A stretch of DNA of 64,000 nucleotides from Dyella sp. GTDB taxonomy: Bacteria; Pseudomonadota; Gammaproteobacteria; Xanthomonadales; Rhodanobacteraceae. A model generated the notes under the pieces. It was not told where the DNA came from. It made no database searches and was given only the letters and a program-made list of their open reading frames with translations. Below, in pieces: positions 45,317-55,353 of the stretch. Every line of letters starts with the position of its first letter. The stretch's first letter is position 1. The DNA is taken from contig NZ_DATEJY010000222.1 in the NCBI RefSeq assembly GCF_035277725.1, positions 3,337 through 67,336 on the forward strand, read 5' to 3'. Both the position numbers and the translations under genes were made by a program.

Positions 45317-46026
45317 GCGCCCTCTCCTTGCGGTTGCAGCACGCCACAGCGCAAGGGCGGCGTGATCGAACCTGCGGGCTGCGGGTGCGTATCGGCTGGC
45401 GTTTCCTGGCTTGCCAACCATGCCGATACGGCGGTGATGTCGGCCGGTGCGAGGCGATTGGCAATCTGCGCCATGCAATCCGGGGCGGCGGATGCACGCG
45501 TACCCGTTCGCCATGAACCCAGTTGCGAGCTGATGTAGTCGTACGGCAGGCCGACCAGACCGGGCACCGAAGGCTCGGTCCCCGTCAGTTGTTTTCCGTG
45601 GCATGCCTGGCAAGGCGGTATCTGGCGGCCCGGATCGCCGGCGGTGACCAGCTGCTGGCCACGCTGCAACATCGATGGCGCGAGTGCGGGAACCGGTTTA
45701 CGTTCGTATGGCACCTGCTGCGCAGCGAAATACGCAGCGATCTCGTGCATGTATTCCGGCGTGAGCAGGCGCACGGTGTATTCCATCGGCGCGTATTTGC
45801 GTAGCCCGCGCTGGAAGTTCTGCATTTGCAAGGCAAGGTAGCCGGCCGGTTTGCCGGCCAGGCGCGGAAAGAAACCGCTACCGGGCGAGCCTTCGCCATG
45901 CACGCCGTGGCAGGTCGTGCAGGCGGCAATGCGTTGCTGCAGTGTGTCCGGCACAGCGGTTTGATCGGCATGCGCAAGCACACTGCAAAGCAGCAAGGTG
46001 AGCAGGATTATCCATCGCATCGACAT
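45313..46026 (-). CDS. di-heme c-type cytochrome (c4-like)
   Basis: Signal peptide MSMRWIILLTLLLCSVLAHA. Two CxxCH motifs (CTTCH, CQACH). The stop overlaps the next gene's start as ATGA. Confidence 0.85.
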   Translation of the reverse strand: MSMRWIILLTLLLCSVLAHADQTAVPDTLQQRIAACTTCHGVHGEGSPGSGFFPRLAGKPAGYLALQMQNFQRGLRKYAPMEYTVRLLTPEYMHEIAAYFAAQQVPYERKPVPALAPSMLQRGQQLVTAGDPGRQIPPCQACHGKQLTGTEPSVPGLVGLPYDYISSQLGSWRTGTRASAAPDCMAQIANRLAPADITAVSAWLASQETPADTHPQPAGSITPPLRCGVLQPQGEGA

Positions 46027-46137
46027 CGGCCGGCCCCTGGTACCCATGCCAGAAGTATAGGGGTGGCGCATGCGCCAGCCGTGACGCCTGCGGTTATGCT
46101 GCGGCATCACGCCACGCCCTATCCGGAGGTTGCTGCC

Positions 46138-47751
46138 ATGCTTCGCCCGTCGCTGTTGTGCGCCGCACTTGCGCTTGTTGTTTTCCCCTCTTCGCCACTT
46201 TTTGCCCAGGACAGCGACGTGACCTGGCAAAGCGTGACCGAACTGCAACAACGGATGGATGCCGGCAAGCTCACCAGCAAGGCATTGGTACAGGACGACA
46301 TCACGCGCATCCACGCGATTGACCAAGCTGGCCCTACGCTGCGTTCGGTGTTGGAGTTGAATCCGGATGCTGCGTCGATAGCGGCAAAGCTGGATGCGAA
46401 ACGCAAATCGTCGCATGGCCCGCTGTATGGCATTCCGGTATTGCTGAAGGACAACATCGACACCGGCGACCACACGCTAACCACCGCCGGCTCACTGGCT
46501 CTGATGGGCGCGCCGGCACCGCAGGATGCTGCCTTGGTAACGCGTTTGCGCAAAGCGGGCGCCGTGATTCTGGGCAAAGCCAATTTGAGCGAATGGGCGG
46601 ATTTTCGCTCCGCCCACGCCAGCAGTGGCTGGACAGGCCGTGGTGGGCAAACGCGCAATCCATATGCCTTGGATCGCAATCCCTGTGGATCGAGTTCGGG
46701 CTCCGCAGTGGCGGTAGCGGCGGGTCTGGTGCCGTTAGCAGTGGGCTCGGAAACCGACGGCTCGATCATCTGCCCGGCATCGATGAATGGCATCGTAGGT
46801 ATCAAGCCGACGCTGGGCCTGGTCAGCCGCAGCGGCATCATCCCGATCAGCCACAATCAGGACACCGCCGGACCGATGGCGCGCAACGTCACGGACGCAG
46901 CGATGTTGCTGACGGCATTGGCCGGCAGCGATCCGCATGATCCTGCCACCGCAGATGCGGATAAACACGCTACCGACTACACGCGCTTCCTCGATCCCAA
47001 TGGTTTGCGTGGCAAACGCATCGGCGTAGTGCGGCAACTGGCCGGCAACGAACCGAATGCCGATCGCGTGCTGGACGAAGCGATTGCGGTGATGAAGGCG
47101 CAGGGCGCGATCATTGTCGATCCGGTGACATTGCCTCATCTGACTGAACTCGGCGATCCGGAAATGACCGTGATGCTGTACGACTTCAAGCACGATCTCA
47201 ATGCGTATCTCGCCGGACGCAAAGGCTTGCAAGTCAAAAACCTCGCCGACCTGATTGCGTTCGACAAACAGGAAGCCGCACGCGAAATGCCGTGGTTCGG
47301 GCAGGATCTGTTCGAGCAGGCCCAAGCGAAGGGGCCGCTCACTGACCAGGCTTATGTGGATGCGTTGAACAAGGCGAAACAGCTGTCGGGGCCGCAAGGC
47401 ATCGATGCCGCGTTGCAGGCGAATCATCTGGATGCCCTGCTCTCGCCGTCATGGGGACCGGCGTATCTCACCGACCTGGTGCTGGGCGATCACATCGTCA
47501 GCGGCAATCCCACCATTGGCGGTGCGTCGCAACCGGCGGCGGTGGCGGGCTATCCGTCAATGACCGTGCCAGCGGGATGGGCGCACGGCTTGCCGGTCGG
47601 CATCGTGTTCTTCGGCACGAAGTGGAGCGAGCCAACATTGATTTCGATCGCTTACGGCTTCGAGCAACATACGCATGCCTGGCAGGCACCGAAGTTCTTG
47701 CCGACGGTGGATGCCGATGCGTATGCGCCGGTGTCAGCGCAAAGCCATTGA
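46138..47751 (+). CDS. secreted amidase (amidase signature family)
   Basis: GGAGG then ATG. Signal peptide MLRPSLLCAALALVVFPSSPLFAQ. AS motifs GIPVLLKDNI and GGSSSGSAVAVAAG-like CGSSSGSAVAVAAGL...GSETDGSI. Confidence 0.9.
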   Translation: MLRPSLLCAALALVVFPSSPLFAQDSDVTWQSVTELQQRMDAGKLTSKALVQDDITRIHAIDQAGPTLRSVLELNPDAASIAAKLDAKRKSSHGPLYGIPVLLKDNIDTGDHTLTTAGSLALMGAPAPQDAALVTRLRKAGAVILGKANLSEWADFRSAHASSGWTGRGGQTRNPYALDRNPCGSSSGSAVAVAAGLVPLAVGSETDGSIICPASMNGIVGIKPTLGLVSRSGIIPISHNQDTAGPMARNVTDAAMLLTALAGSDPHDPATADADKHATDYTRFLDPNGLRGKRIGVVRQLAGNEPNADRVLDEAIAVMKAQGAIIVDPVTLPHLTELGDPEMTVMLYDFKHDLNAYLAGRKGLQVKNLADLIAFDKQEAAREMPWFGQDLFEQAQAKGPLTDQAYVDALNKAKQLSGPQGIDAALQANHLDALLSPSWGPAYLTDLVLGDHIVSGNPTIGGASQPAAVAGYPSMTVPAGWAHGLPVGIVFFGTKWSEPTLISIAYGFEQHTHAWQAPKFLPTVDADAYAPVSAQSH

Positions 47752-47830
47752 ATAACCATGTCGCTGGCCGCAAGCCACTCGCTTCGGCCAGCTTCGGCAC
47801 CTAACGTGGCAGCTCTCTTTCGACACGGAG

Positions 47831-48715
47831 ATGTCCATGAAATGCTGGCCTGCAATGGGCGTAATGGCCTTGGCGTGCGCGACGGCTCATGCCGATGCCA
47901 CTACCGCTAGTGCGGATCTTCGCGCGACCTGGATACAACCGCAGAAGCCGTTCCGCATCTACGGCAATACCTATTACGTCGGCTCGCATGGCCTTAGCGC
48001 CATTCTGATCACGTCACCCAAGGGCCACGTACTGATCGACGGCACGTTGCCGGAAAACGCGCCGATGATTGAATCGAACATTCGCGCGTTGGGTTTCCGC
48101 GTGCAGGACATCAAGCTGATTCTCAACAGCCATGCGCACGGCGACCACGCGGGTGCAATTGCTGCGCTCGCGCGCGACAGCGGTGCGCAGGTTGCCGCCA
48201 GTGCGAAGTCGGCAAACATGATGAAACGTGGCGGAGATGATGCCGAGGATCCGCAACACGGCATGGCGCCGTTCTATCCCAAAGTCAGCAAGATTCGCAT
48301 CCTGGCCAACGGGGAAACGGTACACGTCGGCCCGCTGGCTTTGCACATGCATCCCATGCCGGGGCACACGCCTGGCAGTACCGGGTGGACTTGGCGTTCG
48401 TGCGAAGAAAAGCGTTGCCTGTCGATGGTCTATGCCGACAGCATTACGCTGCTCAGCACCGATGATTATCGCTACACCGATCCGGCACATCCGGAACGCG
48501 TTGCCGGCTATCGGCATATGTTGACGATGCTTGCGGCACTGCCTTGCGACATTCTGCTCACGCCGCATCCACGTGATGGTTTTTTTGAGAAGGCGGCAGG
48601 CATTGCGCCAGGCAAACCCAATCCTTTGATCGACACGCAAGCATGCAAGGCTTATGCGAACGAAGGACAGCAGAATCTCGAAGAGCGCGTAAAGAAAGAA
48701 ACCGGAGCCAAGTAG
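47831..48715 (+). CDS. subclass B3 metallo-beta-lactamase-like protein
   Basis: Signal peptide, then NSHAHGDHAG (HxHxDH), PGHTPGSTGW and LLTPHP, matching the B3 MBL zinc-ligand pattern (as in L1/FEZ-1/THIN-B type enzymes). Confidence 0.85.
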   Translation: MSMKCWPAMGVMALACATAHADATTASADLRATWIQPQKPFRIYGNTYYVGSHGLSAILITSPKGHVLIDGTLPENAPMIESNIRALGFRVQDIKLILNSHAHGDHAGAIAALARDSGAQVAASAKSANMMKRGGDDAEDPQHGMAPFYPKVSKIRILANGETVHVGPLALHMHPMPGHTPGSTGWTWRSCEEKRCLSMVYADSITLLSTDDYRYTDPAHPERVAGYRHMLTMLAALPCDILLTPHPRDGFFEKAAGIAPGKPNPLIDTQACKAYANEGQQNLEERVKKETGAK

Positions 48716-48773
48716 GCTGGGATGAAATCCCAGCTTTCTTGCGTTCCGATGCTGGGATTTCATCCCAGCCTAC
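48712..48773. repeat. GTAG-type REP pair (CTGGGATGAAATCCCAG variant)
   Basis: GTAGGCTGGGATGAAATCCCAGC-(16 nt)-GCTGGGATTTCATCCCAGCCTAC between the convergent MBL and DAHP synthase genes. Confidence 0.85.
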
Positions 48774-48783
48774 GTTTTCTCGA

Positions 48784-50148
48784 TCAGCTCATGCGCCCGG
48801 ATTTGCGCACGATCAGCATCGCCAGTTCCAACGATTGCTCGTAGTTGAGGCGCGGGTCGACCATCGATTTGTACGCGCGCTGCAGATCCGCTTCGCTCAA
48901 GTCGCGGGCGCCACCCATGCATTCGGTGACATCTTCGCCCGTCAACTCCAGATGCACGCCGCCCAGATGGGTGCCGGCGGCGGCGTGGATGTCGAACGCC
49001 TGATCCAGCTCGCTGCGGATGTTGTCGAAGCGGCGTGTCTTGTAGCCGTTGGACGTGCTTTCGGTATTGCCGTGCATTGGATCGGCCACCCATAGCACGC
49101 GGCGTCCGGCACGCTTCACCGCATCAAGCAGCGGCGGAAGTTTCTCGGCAACTTGCGCATGGCCCATGCGATGGATCAGCGTGAGGCGGCCCGGCTCATC
49201 CTCAGGGTTCAATGCATCGATAAGCGGCAACAGCTGATCGGGAGTGACCGATGGGCCGACCTTCACCGCGATCGGATTGCGGATGCCGCGGAAATATTCC
49301 ACATGGGCACCGTCGAGCGCGGCGGTGCGCATGCCGATCCACGGGAAGTGCGTGGAAAGATTGAACCAGCCGCGATGGCGCGGAACCTGGCGCGTGAGTG
49401 CCTGCTCGTAGTGCAGCAGCAAGGCTTCGTGGGAGGTAAAGAAATCCACGCGAGTAAAGCCAGCGATGGGACCTGCCAGCGTTTCCATGAAGCGCAGCGA
49501 ATCACCGATGCCCGTCACCATGCGGCGGTAATCGGCGGCCAGCGGTGAATGTTCCACCCAGGCGAGATCCCAATATTCGGGATGGTGCAAGTCGGCAAAG
49601 CCGCCATCGATCAAGGCGCGCACGAAGTTCATGGTGAGCGCGGAATGCGCATGCGCGCGGATCAGGCGCTGCGGATCGGGGCGGCGTGCTTCGGCGGTGA
49701 ATTCCGGACCGTTGATCACGTCGCCGCGGAAGCTGGGCAGCGTGACGCCATCGCGTGTCTCGGTGTCGGCCGAGCGTGGCTTGGCGTACTGCCCAGCAAA
49801 CCGGCCCACGCGCAGCACGGGCTGCTTGAGGCCGTGCACCAGCACCAGGCTCATCTGCAGCAGTACTTTCAGGCGGTTGGAGATCACGGGACTGGTGCAG
49901 TCGGCGAAGCTTTCCGCGCAATCGCCGCCTTGCAAGAGAAATCGCTTGCCTTCCTGGGCTTCGGCCAGTGCCTGCTTCAGCGCCAGCACTTCCCAAGATG
50001 TCACCAGCGGTGGCAGATGCGACAGCTCGCCGAGCGCGCGATTGAGCTCAGCGTGGTCTTCGTAGTGCGGCTGCTGAAGGGCTTTGCGCTGAAGCCAGGA
50101 CGCCGGCGTCCAGTTCAGGGTCTCGACGGAAGATGCTATCTCGCTCAT
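48784..50148 (-). CDS. 3-deoxy-7-phosphoheptulonate (DAHP) synthase, class II
   Basis: MSEIASSVETLNWTPASWLQRKALQQPHYED...RFLLQGGDCAESF... about 454 aa, collinear with plant-type class II DAHP synthases. Confidence 0.93.
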   Translation of the reverse strand: MSEIASSVETLNWTPASWLQRKALQQPHYEDHAELNRALGELSHLPPLVTSWEVLALKQALAEAQEGKRFLLQGGDCAESFADCTSPVISNRLKVLLQMSLVLVHGLKQPVLRVGRFAGQYAKPRSADTETRDGVTLPSFRGDVINGPEFTAEARRPDPQRLIRAHAHSALTMNFVRALIDGGFADLHHPEYWDLAWVEHSPLAADYRRMVTGIGDSLRFMETLAGPIAGFTRVDFFTSHEALLLHYEQALTRQVPRHRGWFNLSTHFPWIGMRTAALDGAHVEYFRGIRNPIAVKVGPSVTPDQLLPLIDALNPEDEPGRLTLIHRMGHAQVAEKLPPLLDAVKRAGRRVLWVADPMHGNTESTSNGYKTRRFDNIRSELDQAFDIHAAAGTHLGGVHLELTGEDVTECMGGARDLSEADLQRAYKSMVDPRLNYEQSLELAMLIVRKSGRMS

Positions 50149-50666
50149 AGGCGCAACCTCGGCGTCGCACGCTGCAAGCTTGCGCGGATCGCCAGTATCG
50201 AAAGGAGAACGAACCACAACAGAGCCCATAGCGGAATGGGCAGGCCCAGAAGCGGCTGGATCTTGGCGCACTCACCCGAGCCGGTGAACACCATCTTCAA
50301 GGCTTTCTGGAACGGGAAGGCGTCAAACATGTACGCCAAGTTGGGGCCACAAGCCGGGACCTGATCCGCGGGCAGCGACATGATCCACAGATGGCGAGCA
50401 GCGACAACGATGCCGAATAGCGCACCAAGCAGCACAAAGCCGGTATAGAACCAGCGGCCGCCGGCACGCGGTCCGTGAATCGCGCCGAACAGAAAGAACA
50501 CCGCCATGACCATGAAGCCGATGCGCTGGAAGATGCACAACGGACATGGTTCCAGACCCCACTGATATTCGGCAAACAACGCAAACCCAAGCAGGCCGAT
50601 ACAGATCAGGAAGCCAACAAAGAAGCTGACGCGGTAAGACCAGCGGAGGGGATTCATGGAAACCAT
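50145..50666 (-). CDS. dsbB: disulfide bond formation protein B
   Basis: 173-aa four-TM ORF with a CPLC motif in the first periplasmic loop (GLEPCPLCIFQR) and a second Cys pair. The stop overlaps the DAHP synthase start as ATGA. Confidence 0.9.
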   Translation of the reverse strand: MVSMNPLRWSYRVSFFVGFLICIGLLGFALFAEYQWGLEPCPLCIFQRIGFMVMAVFFLFGAIHGPRAGGRWFYTGFVLLGALFGIVVAARHLWIMSLPADQVPACGPNLAYMFDAFPFQKALKMVFTGSGECAKIQPLLGLPIPLWALLWFVLLSILAIRASLQRATPRLRL

Positions 50667-50739
50667 GCCATCGGGGTGGGGATGCTGACATTACCCGCTC
50701 CCCGCCACGCTGTCAGCAGGCGCATGCCATGACCTCCTA

Positions 50740-50775
50740 AAAGAGCAAACCCCGCCTGGTTGCCCAGGCGGGGTT
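50740..50775 (-). terminator. intrinsic terminator after rplQ (end of alpha operon)
   Basis: 12-bp stem AACCCCGCCTGG / CCAGGCGGGGTT with loop TTGC, followed on the minus strand by TGCTCTTTT. About 30 nt downstream of the rplQ stop. Confidence 0.65.
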
Positions 50776-50804
50776 CGCATTTGGACGTCCAAACGGTGTT
50801 TGGA

Positions 50805-51188
50805 TTATTCGTCAGCGGCAGCCTCGGCACGCGGGCGGTCCACCAGTTCGACATACGCCAACGGCGCGTTATCGCCCGGGCGGAAGCCGCACTTGAGGAC
50901 GCGCAGGTAGCCGCCGGGACGTTCGCGGTAACGCGGCCCCAGCTCGACGAACAGCTTGCCCACGGCCTGCTTGTCGCGCAGACGCGCAAAAGCAAGACGA
51001 CGGTTGGCTACGCTGTCAGACTTGGCCAGGGTAATCAGCGGCTCTGCCACGCGGCGCAGTTCTTTTGCCTTGGGCAGGGTGGTGCGGATCAGCTCGTGCT
51101 TGATCAGGGATGCAGCCATGTTCTTGAACATCGCTTCGCGATGCGAACTGGTGCGATTAAATTTGCGTCCGGATTTTTGATGGCGCAT
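50805..51188 (-). CDS. rplQ: 50S ribosomal protein L17
   Basis: [25 protein letters not shown]..., full-length L17. Confidence 0.97.
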   Translation of the reverse strand: MRHQKSGRKFNRTSSHREAMFKNMAASLIKHELIRTTLPKAKELRRVAEPLITLAKSDSVANRRLAFARLRDKQAVGKLFVELGPRYRERPGGYLRVLKCGFRPGDNAPLAYVELVDRPRAEAAADE

Positions 51189-51490
51189 GGCTAAAGCTCT
51201 CTTAGAGTCTGTTGTTATGAAAAACCGGCCAATAAACCGGCTTCCCGCGGTTACCCGCTGTTAAAGCCCTTGCTATAACGGGGCTTTTTAAGAGTGCAGT
51301 CATGAATGACTGTTTCGAATGCCTGGCTGACAATCAACACTCGCCAGGCTCATCGGTGAGCGATCAAAGGGGATCGCCAAGCTATCTTCTGCGCGGCCAT
51401 GGAGGCCGTCTTTTCATATCCAGGGGAGGCCTAAACACGCTCCCCATAACAGATTGCACCGACGATCAAGATGAGCGTCGGTGCAAATCA
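51189..51490 (-). other. 302-nt structured, lower-GC spacer between rpoA and rplQ
   Basis: Contains an 11-bp stem hairpin (51454-51486) right after the rpoA stop, a minus-strand stem plus U-tract (51220-51243) and a plus-strand stem plus T-tract (51263-51292). No credible ORF. Confidence 0.5.
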
Positions 51491-52489
51491 TCAACCCAGC
51501 TGCATGCCGTGCGACAAGCCCGGCGGCGGCCAGTTTTCAAGCTTCATGCCGAGGGCAAGACCGCGCACGCCAAGGACATCCTTGATCTCCGTGAGCGACT
51601 TCTTGCCGAGGTTCGGCGTCTTGAGCAATTCCACTTCGGTCTTCTGCACCAGATCGCCGATGTAGTAGATGCTCTCGGCCTTCAGGCAGTTGGCCGAACG
51701 GACGGTGAGTTCCAAGTCGTCGATCGGACGGAGCAGCAGCGGATCGAAACCGCCCTTCTCCGCCTTGTCCGTGGCACTCTCGCGACGCGAGAAATCGCCG
51801 AACACCGACAGCTGGTCGTTGAGGATTTCAGCGGCCTTGCGCACCGCATCTTCCGCACCGATGGTGCCGTTCGTTTCGATGTCGAGGACGAGCTTATCGA
51901 GGTTGGTGCGCTGCTCAACACGAGCGGCGTCCACTTCGTAAGCCACACGCAACACGGGTGCGAACGAGGCGTCCAGCTGCAGACGGCCGATCGGGCGCGC
52001 CTCGTCATCCGGATGCTGGCGTGAACTGGCCGGCTGATAGCCGACGCCACGACGCACCTTCAGACGCATGTTCAGCGTGATGTCCTTGGTGAGGTGGCAG
52101 ATCACGTGTTCAGGATTGATGATCTCCACCGAGTGGTCGACGACGATATCGCCTGCCGTGACCACGCCCTTGCCCTTCTTGGACAGGGTGAGGGTGACTT
52201 CATCACCCGTGTGTTGACGAATGGCCACTTCCTTGAGGTTGAGCAGGACTTCGATGACGTCCTCCTGCAAACCTTCCAGGGTGGTGTACTCGTGCAGCAC
52301 GCCATCGATTTCAACCTCGACGATGGCGCTGCCGGGGATCGATGAGAGCAGCACGCGACGCAACGCGTTGCCCAGGGTGTGGCCGAAACCGCGTTCAAGC
52401 GGCTCAACCACCACCTTGGCGCGATTCGGTCCGAGCTGTTCAACGCTGAGGCCACGAGGCCGCAGTACGCTGGTTGACGAAACTGCCAT
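51491..52489 (-). CDS. rpoA: DNA-directed RNA polymerase alpha subunit
   Basis: 332-aa ORF ...[27 protein letters not shown]..., full-length RpoA. Confidence 0.98.
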   Translation of the reverse strand: MAVSSTSVLRPRGLSVEQLGPNRAKVVVEPLERGFGHTLGNALRRVLLSSIPGSAIVEVEIDGVLHEYTTLEGLQEDVIEVLLNLKEVAIRQHTGDEVTLTLSKKGKGVVTAGDIVVDHSVEIINPEHVICHLTKDITLNMRLKVRRGVGYQPASSRQHPDDEARPIGRLQLDASFAPVLRVAYEVDAARVEQRTNLDKLVLDIETNGTIGAEDAVRKAAEILNDQLSVFGDFSRRESATDKAEKGGFDPLLLRPIDDLELTVRSANCLKAESIYYIGDLVQKTEVELLKTPNLGKKSLTEIKDVLGVRGLALGMKLENWPPPGLSHGMQLG

Positions 52490-52505
52490 GCAGGGCTCCG
52501 GTTGA

Positions 52506-53132
<627 letters not shown>

Positions 53133-53143
53133 GGTGATGCTCC

Positions 53144-53533
53144 TTAGACGCGACGCTTCTTGGGGGGACGGCAGCCGTTATGCGGAATCGGCGTTACGTC
53201 AATGATGTTGAGAACCTTGTAGCCGAGCGCGTTCAGCGAACGCACTGCCGACTCACGGCCCGGGCCAGGGCCCTTGATCCGCACTTCCACCGTCTTTACG
53301 CCATATTCGCCGGCAGCGCGGCCGGCCTTTTCAGCGGCGACCTGGGCAGCGAACGGGGTCGACTTGCGCGAACCGCGGAAGCCTGCACCACCAGCGGTTG
53401 CCCACGAGAGCGCATTGCCCTGGCGATCGGTGATGGTGACGATGGTGTTGTTGAAGGAGGCCTGCACGTGAGCCACCGCATCGGTGACAACGCGCTTGAC
53501 TTTCTTCTTGGTCTTAACTGCTGGCTTTGCCAT
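53144..53533 (-). CDS. rpsK: 30S ribosomal protein S11
   Basis: ...[29 protein letters not shown]..., 129 aa. Confidence 0.97.
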   Translation of the reverse strand: MAKPAVKTKKKVKRVVTDAVAHVQASFNNTIVTITDRQGNALSWATAGGAGFRGSRKSTPFAAQVAAEKAGRAAGEYGVKTVEVRIKGPGPGRESAVRSLNALGYKVLNIIDVTPIPHNGCRPPKKRRV

Positions 53534-53545
53534 GGCTTATTCCAA

Positions 53546-53902
53546 TTATTTCTTGATCGCGCGACGCGGGCCCTTGCGGGTGCGCGCATTGGTACGCGTG
53601 CGCTGGCCGCGCACCGGCAAGCCGCGGCGATGGCGCAGGCCGCGGTAGCAACCCAGGTCCATCAGACGCTTGATGGCAATACCGACTTCGCGGCGCAGAT
53701 CGCCTTCCACGACGTATTTGGCGATTTCGTGGCGGATCTTCTCCACCTCGCCTTCGCTCAGCGACTTGATCTGAACGTTCGGGTTCACACCCGCGTCCGT
53801 GCAGACCTTCTTAGCCCGGCTGCGGCCGATACCGTAGATGCTCTGCAGGCCAACCCAGACATGTTTCTGGACCGGCAAATTGACACCCGCAATGCGCGCC
53901 AT
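53546..53902 (-). CDS. rpsM: 30S ribosomal protein S13
   Basis: [26 protein letters not shown]... The start is the internal ATG of the 132-aa ORF. 118 aa. Confidence 0.96.
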   Translation of the reverse strand: MARIAGVNLPVQKHVWVGLQSIYGIGRSRAKKVCTDAGVNPNVQIKSLSEGEVEKIRHEIAKYVVEGDLRREVGIAIKRLMDLGCYRGLRHRRGLPVRGQRTRTNARTRKGPRRAIKK

Positions 53903-54024
53903 GATGTACTTTCTCCGATGCTTTCTTGCGCGGTAAACGCGCAATTCTAACCTTAATCAAACTGTCAGGAAAGTCCTGGGACGCCTGCGCGCCACGGCCT
54001 TTCCACCGGAACCCACCTTGCGCC

Positions 54025-55350
54025 TCAGCCGCGGCGCAGGTTGGCCTTCTTAAGCAAACCTTCGTACTGGTGACTGACCAGATGCGCCTGCACCTGAGCG
54101 GTAAAGTCCATCACCACCACCACCACGATCAGCAGCGACGTGCCACCGAAGTAGAACGGAACGTGCCAGGCGTTCTGCATGAACGTTGGCACCAGGCAGA
54201 CCAGCACCAGGTAGAGGGCGCCGACACCGGTCAGGCGGGTCATTACCGAATCGATGTAATCCGCGGTTGAACGACCCGGGCGGATACCCGGAATCAAAGC
54301 GCCGGACCGCTTCAGGTTGTCAGCCGTGTCCTGCGAATTGAAGACGATCGCCGTATAGAAGAAGGCAAACGTGATCACCAGGACCGCATAAATGACGTCG
54401 TAGAGCGGCTCGCCGGGAGTCAGGGCCTGCACCAGATCCTGCAACCAGCGGGATTGGTGGCTGGCATTGCCCCAGGTTGCCGCCATCGCCGGGAACATCA
54501 GGATGCTGTTCGCGAAGATGGGGGGAATCACGCCGGACATGTTGATCTTGAGCGGCAGATGGGAGGTCTGGTTCATGTACGACCGCTGCCCACCCGAGCG
54601 CCGCGCGTAGTTCACGGTAATGCGCCGTTGCGCACGCTCCATGAACACCACGAACGCCGTCACCGCCAGCACCAGCGCCACTACCATGACCAGCTTGATC
54701 GTGCTCAGCTCGCCATTGCTGGACATCGACAAGGTGTGCCCCACCGCATTAGGCAAACCAGCCACGATACCTGCGAAAATCAACAGAGAGATACCGTTGC
54801 CGATACCGCGCTCGGTCATCTGCTCGCCCAACCACATCAGAAACAACGAACCAGCTGTCAGCCCTACCACCGAGGAAAGGATGAAACCAAAACCCGGCAT
54901 GTAGACAACGGGCACCCCGCCGCTCGTCTGCTGCTTCATCAGGGCTACTGCGATCCCGAACGCCTGGAAGGCAGACAGGCCCACCGTACCGATACGGGTA
55001 TACATAGTCAGCTGTCGCTGACCGGACTGCCCTTCTTTGCGCAATGCCTGCAGGCTTGGAATGACCGAACCCATCATCTGCACCACGATCGACGCAGAAA
55101 TGTACGGCACAACACCTAGCGCGAATACCGAAAACCGGCCCAGCGAACCACCCGAAAACATGTTGAACATGTCCAGGATGCCGCCGCTCTGACCGATCAA
55201 GTTGGCCATGGCATCCGGGTTCACGCCAGGAACCGGGATGAACGAGCCGAGGCGGTACACGATCAGCGCACCAATCACGAAAAAGATGCGCTGACGCAGC
55301 TCGGTCAATTTGCCGAGCGATCCGACCGATGGACCCTTGGCTGCAGCCAC
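54025..55350 (-). CDS. secY: preprotein translocase subunit SecY
   Basis: 441-aa 10-TM ORF ...ELRQRIFFVIGALIVYRLGSFIPVPG..., collinear with SecY. Confidence 0.98.
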   Translation of the reverse strand: MAAAKGPSVGSLGKLTELRQRIFFVIGALIVYRLGSFIPVPGVNPDAMANLIGQSGGILDMFNMFSGGSLGRFSVFALGVVPYISASIVVQMMGSVIPSLQALRKEGQSGQRQLTMYTRIGTVGLSAFQAFGIAVALMKQQTSGGVPVVYMPGFGFILSSVVGLTAGSLFLMWLGEQMTERGIGNGISLLIFAGIVAGLPNAVGHTLSMSSNGELSTIKLVMVVALVLAVTAFVVFMERAQRRITVNYARRSGGQRSYMNQTSHLPLKINMSGVIPPIFANSILMFPAMAATWGNASHQSRWLQDLVQALTPGEPLYDVIYAVLVITFAFFYTAIVFNSQDTADNLKRSGALIPGIRPGRSTADYIDSVMTRLTGVGALYLVLVCLVPTFMQNAWHVPFYFGGTSLLIVVVVVMDFTAQVQAHLVSHQYEGLLKKANLRRG

Positions 55351-55353
55351 GAG

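Noticed and set aside
45826-46137. Long N-terminal extension of the amidase ORF (641 aa)
   Set aside because: The extension overlaps the di-heme cytochrome gene on the other strand. The ATG at 46138 has a GGAGG SD and starts a textbook signal peptide.
51302-52024. 240-aa plus-strand ORF starting in the rpoA/rplQ spacer with a CxxC-containing N-terminus (MNDCFECLADN...)
   Set aside because: Most of the ORF is antisense to rpoA. It has no SD. The Cys pattern is probably coincidental.
53903-54024. Looked for rpmJ (L36), which usually lies between secY and rpsM
   Set aside because: The 122-nt spacer has no ORF resembling MKVRASVKK...; it contains only a 7-bp-stem hairpin (TTGCGCG-GTAAA-CGCGCAA, 53926-53944) that could belong to the rpsM leader. 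rpmJ is presumably encoded elsewhere, as I believe is common in this order, so this is not reported as a finding.
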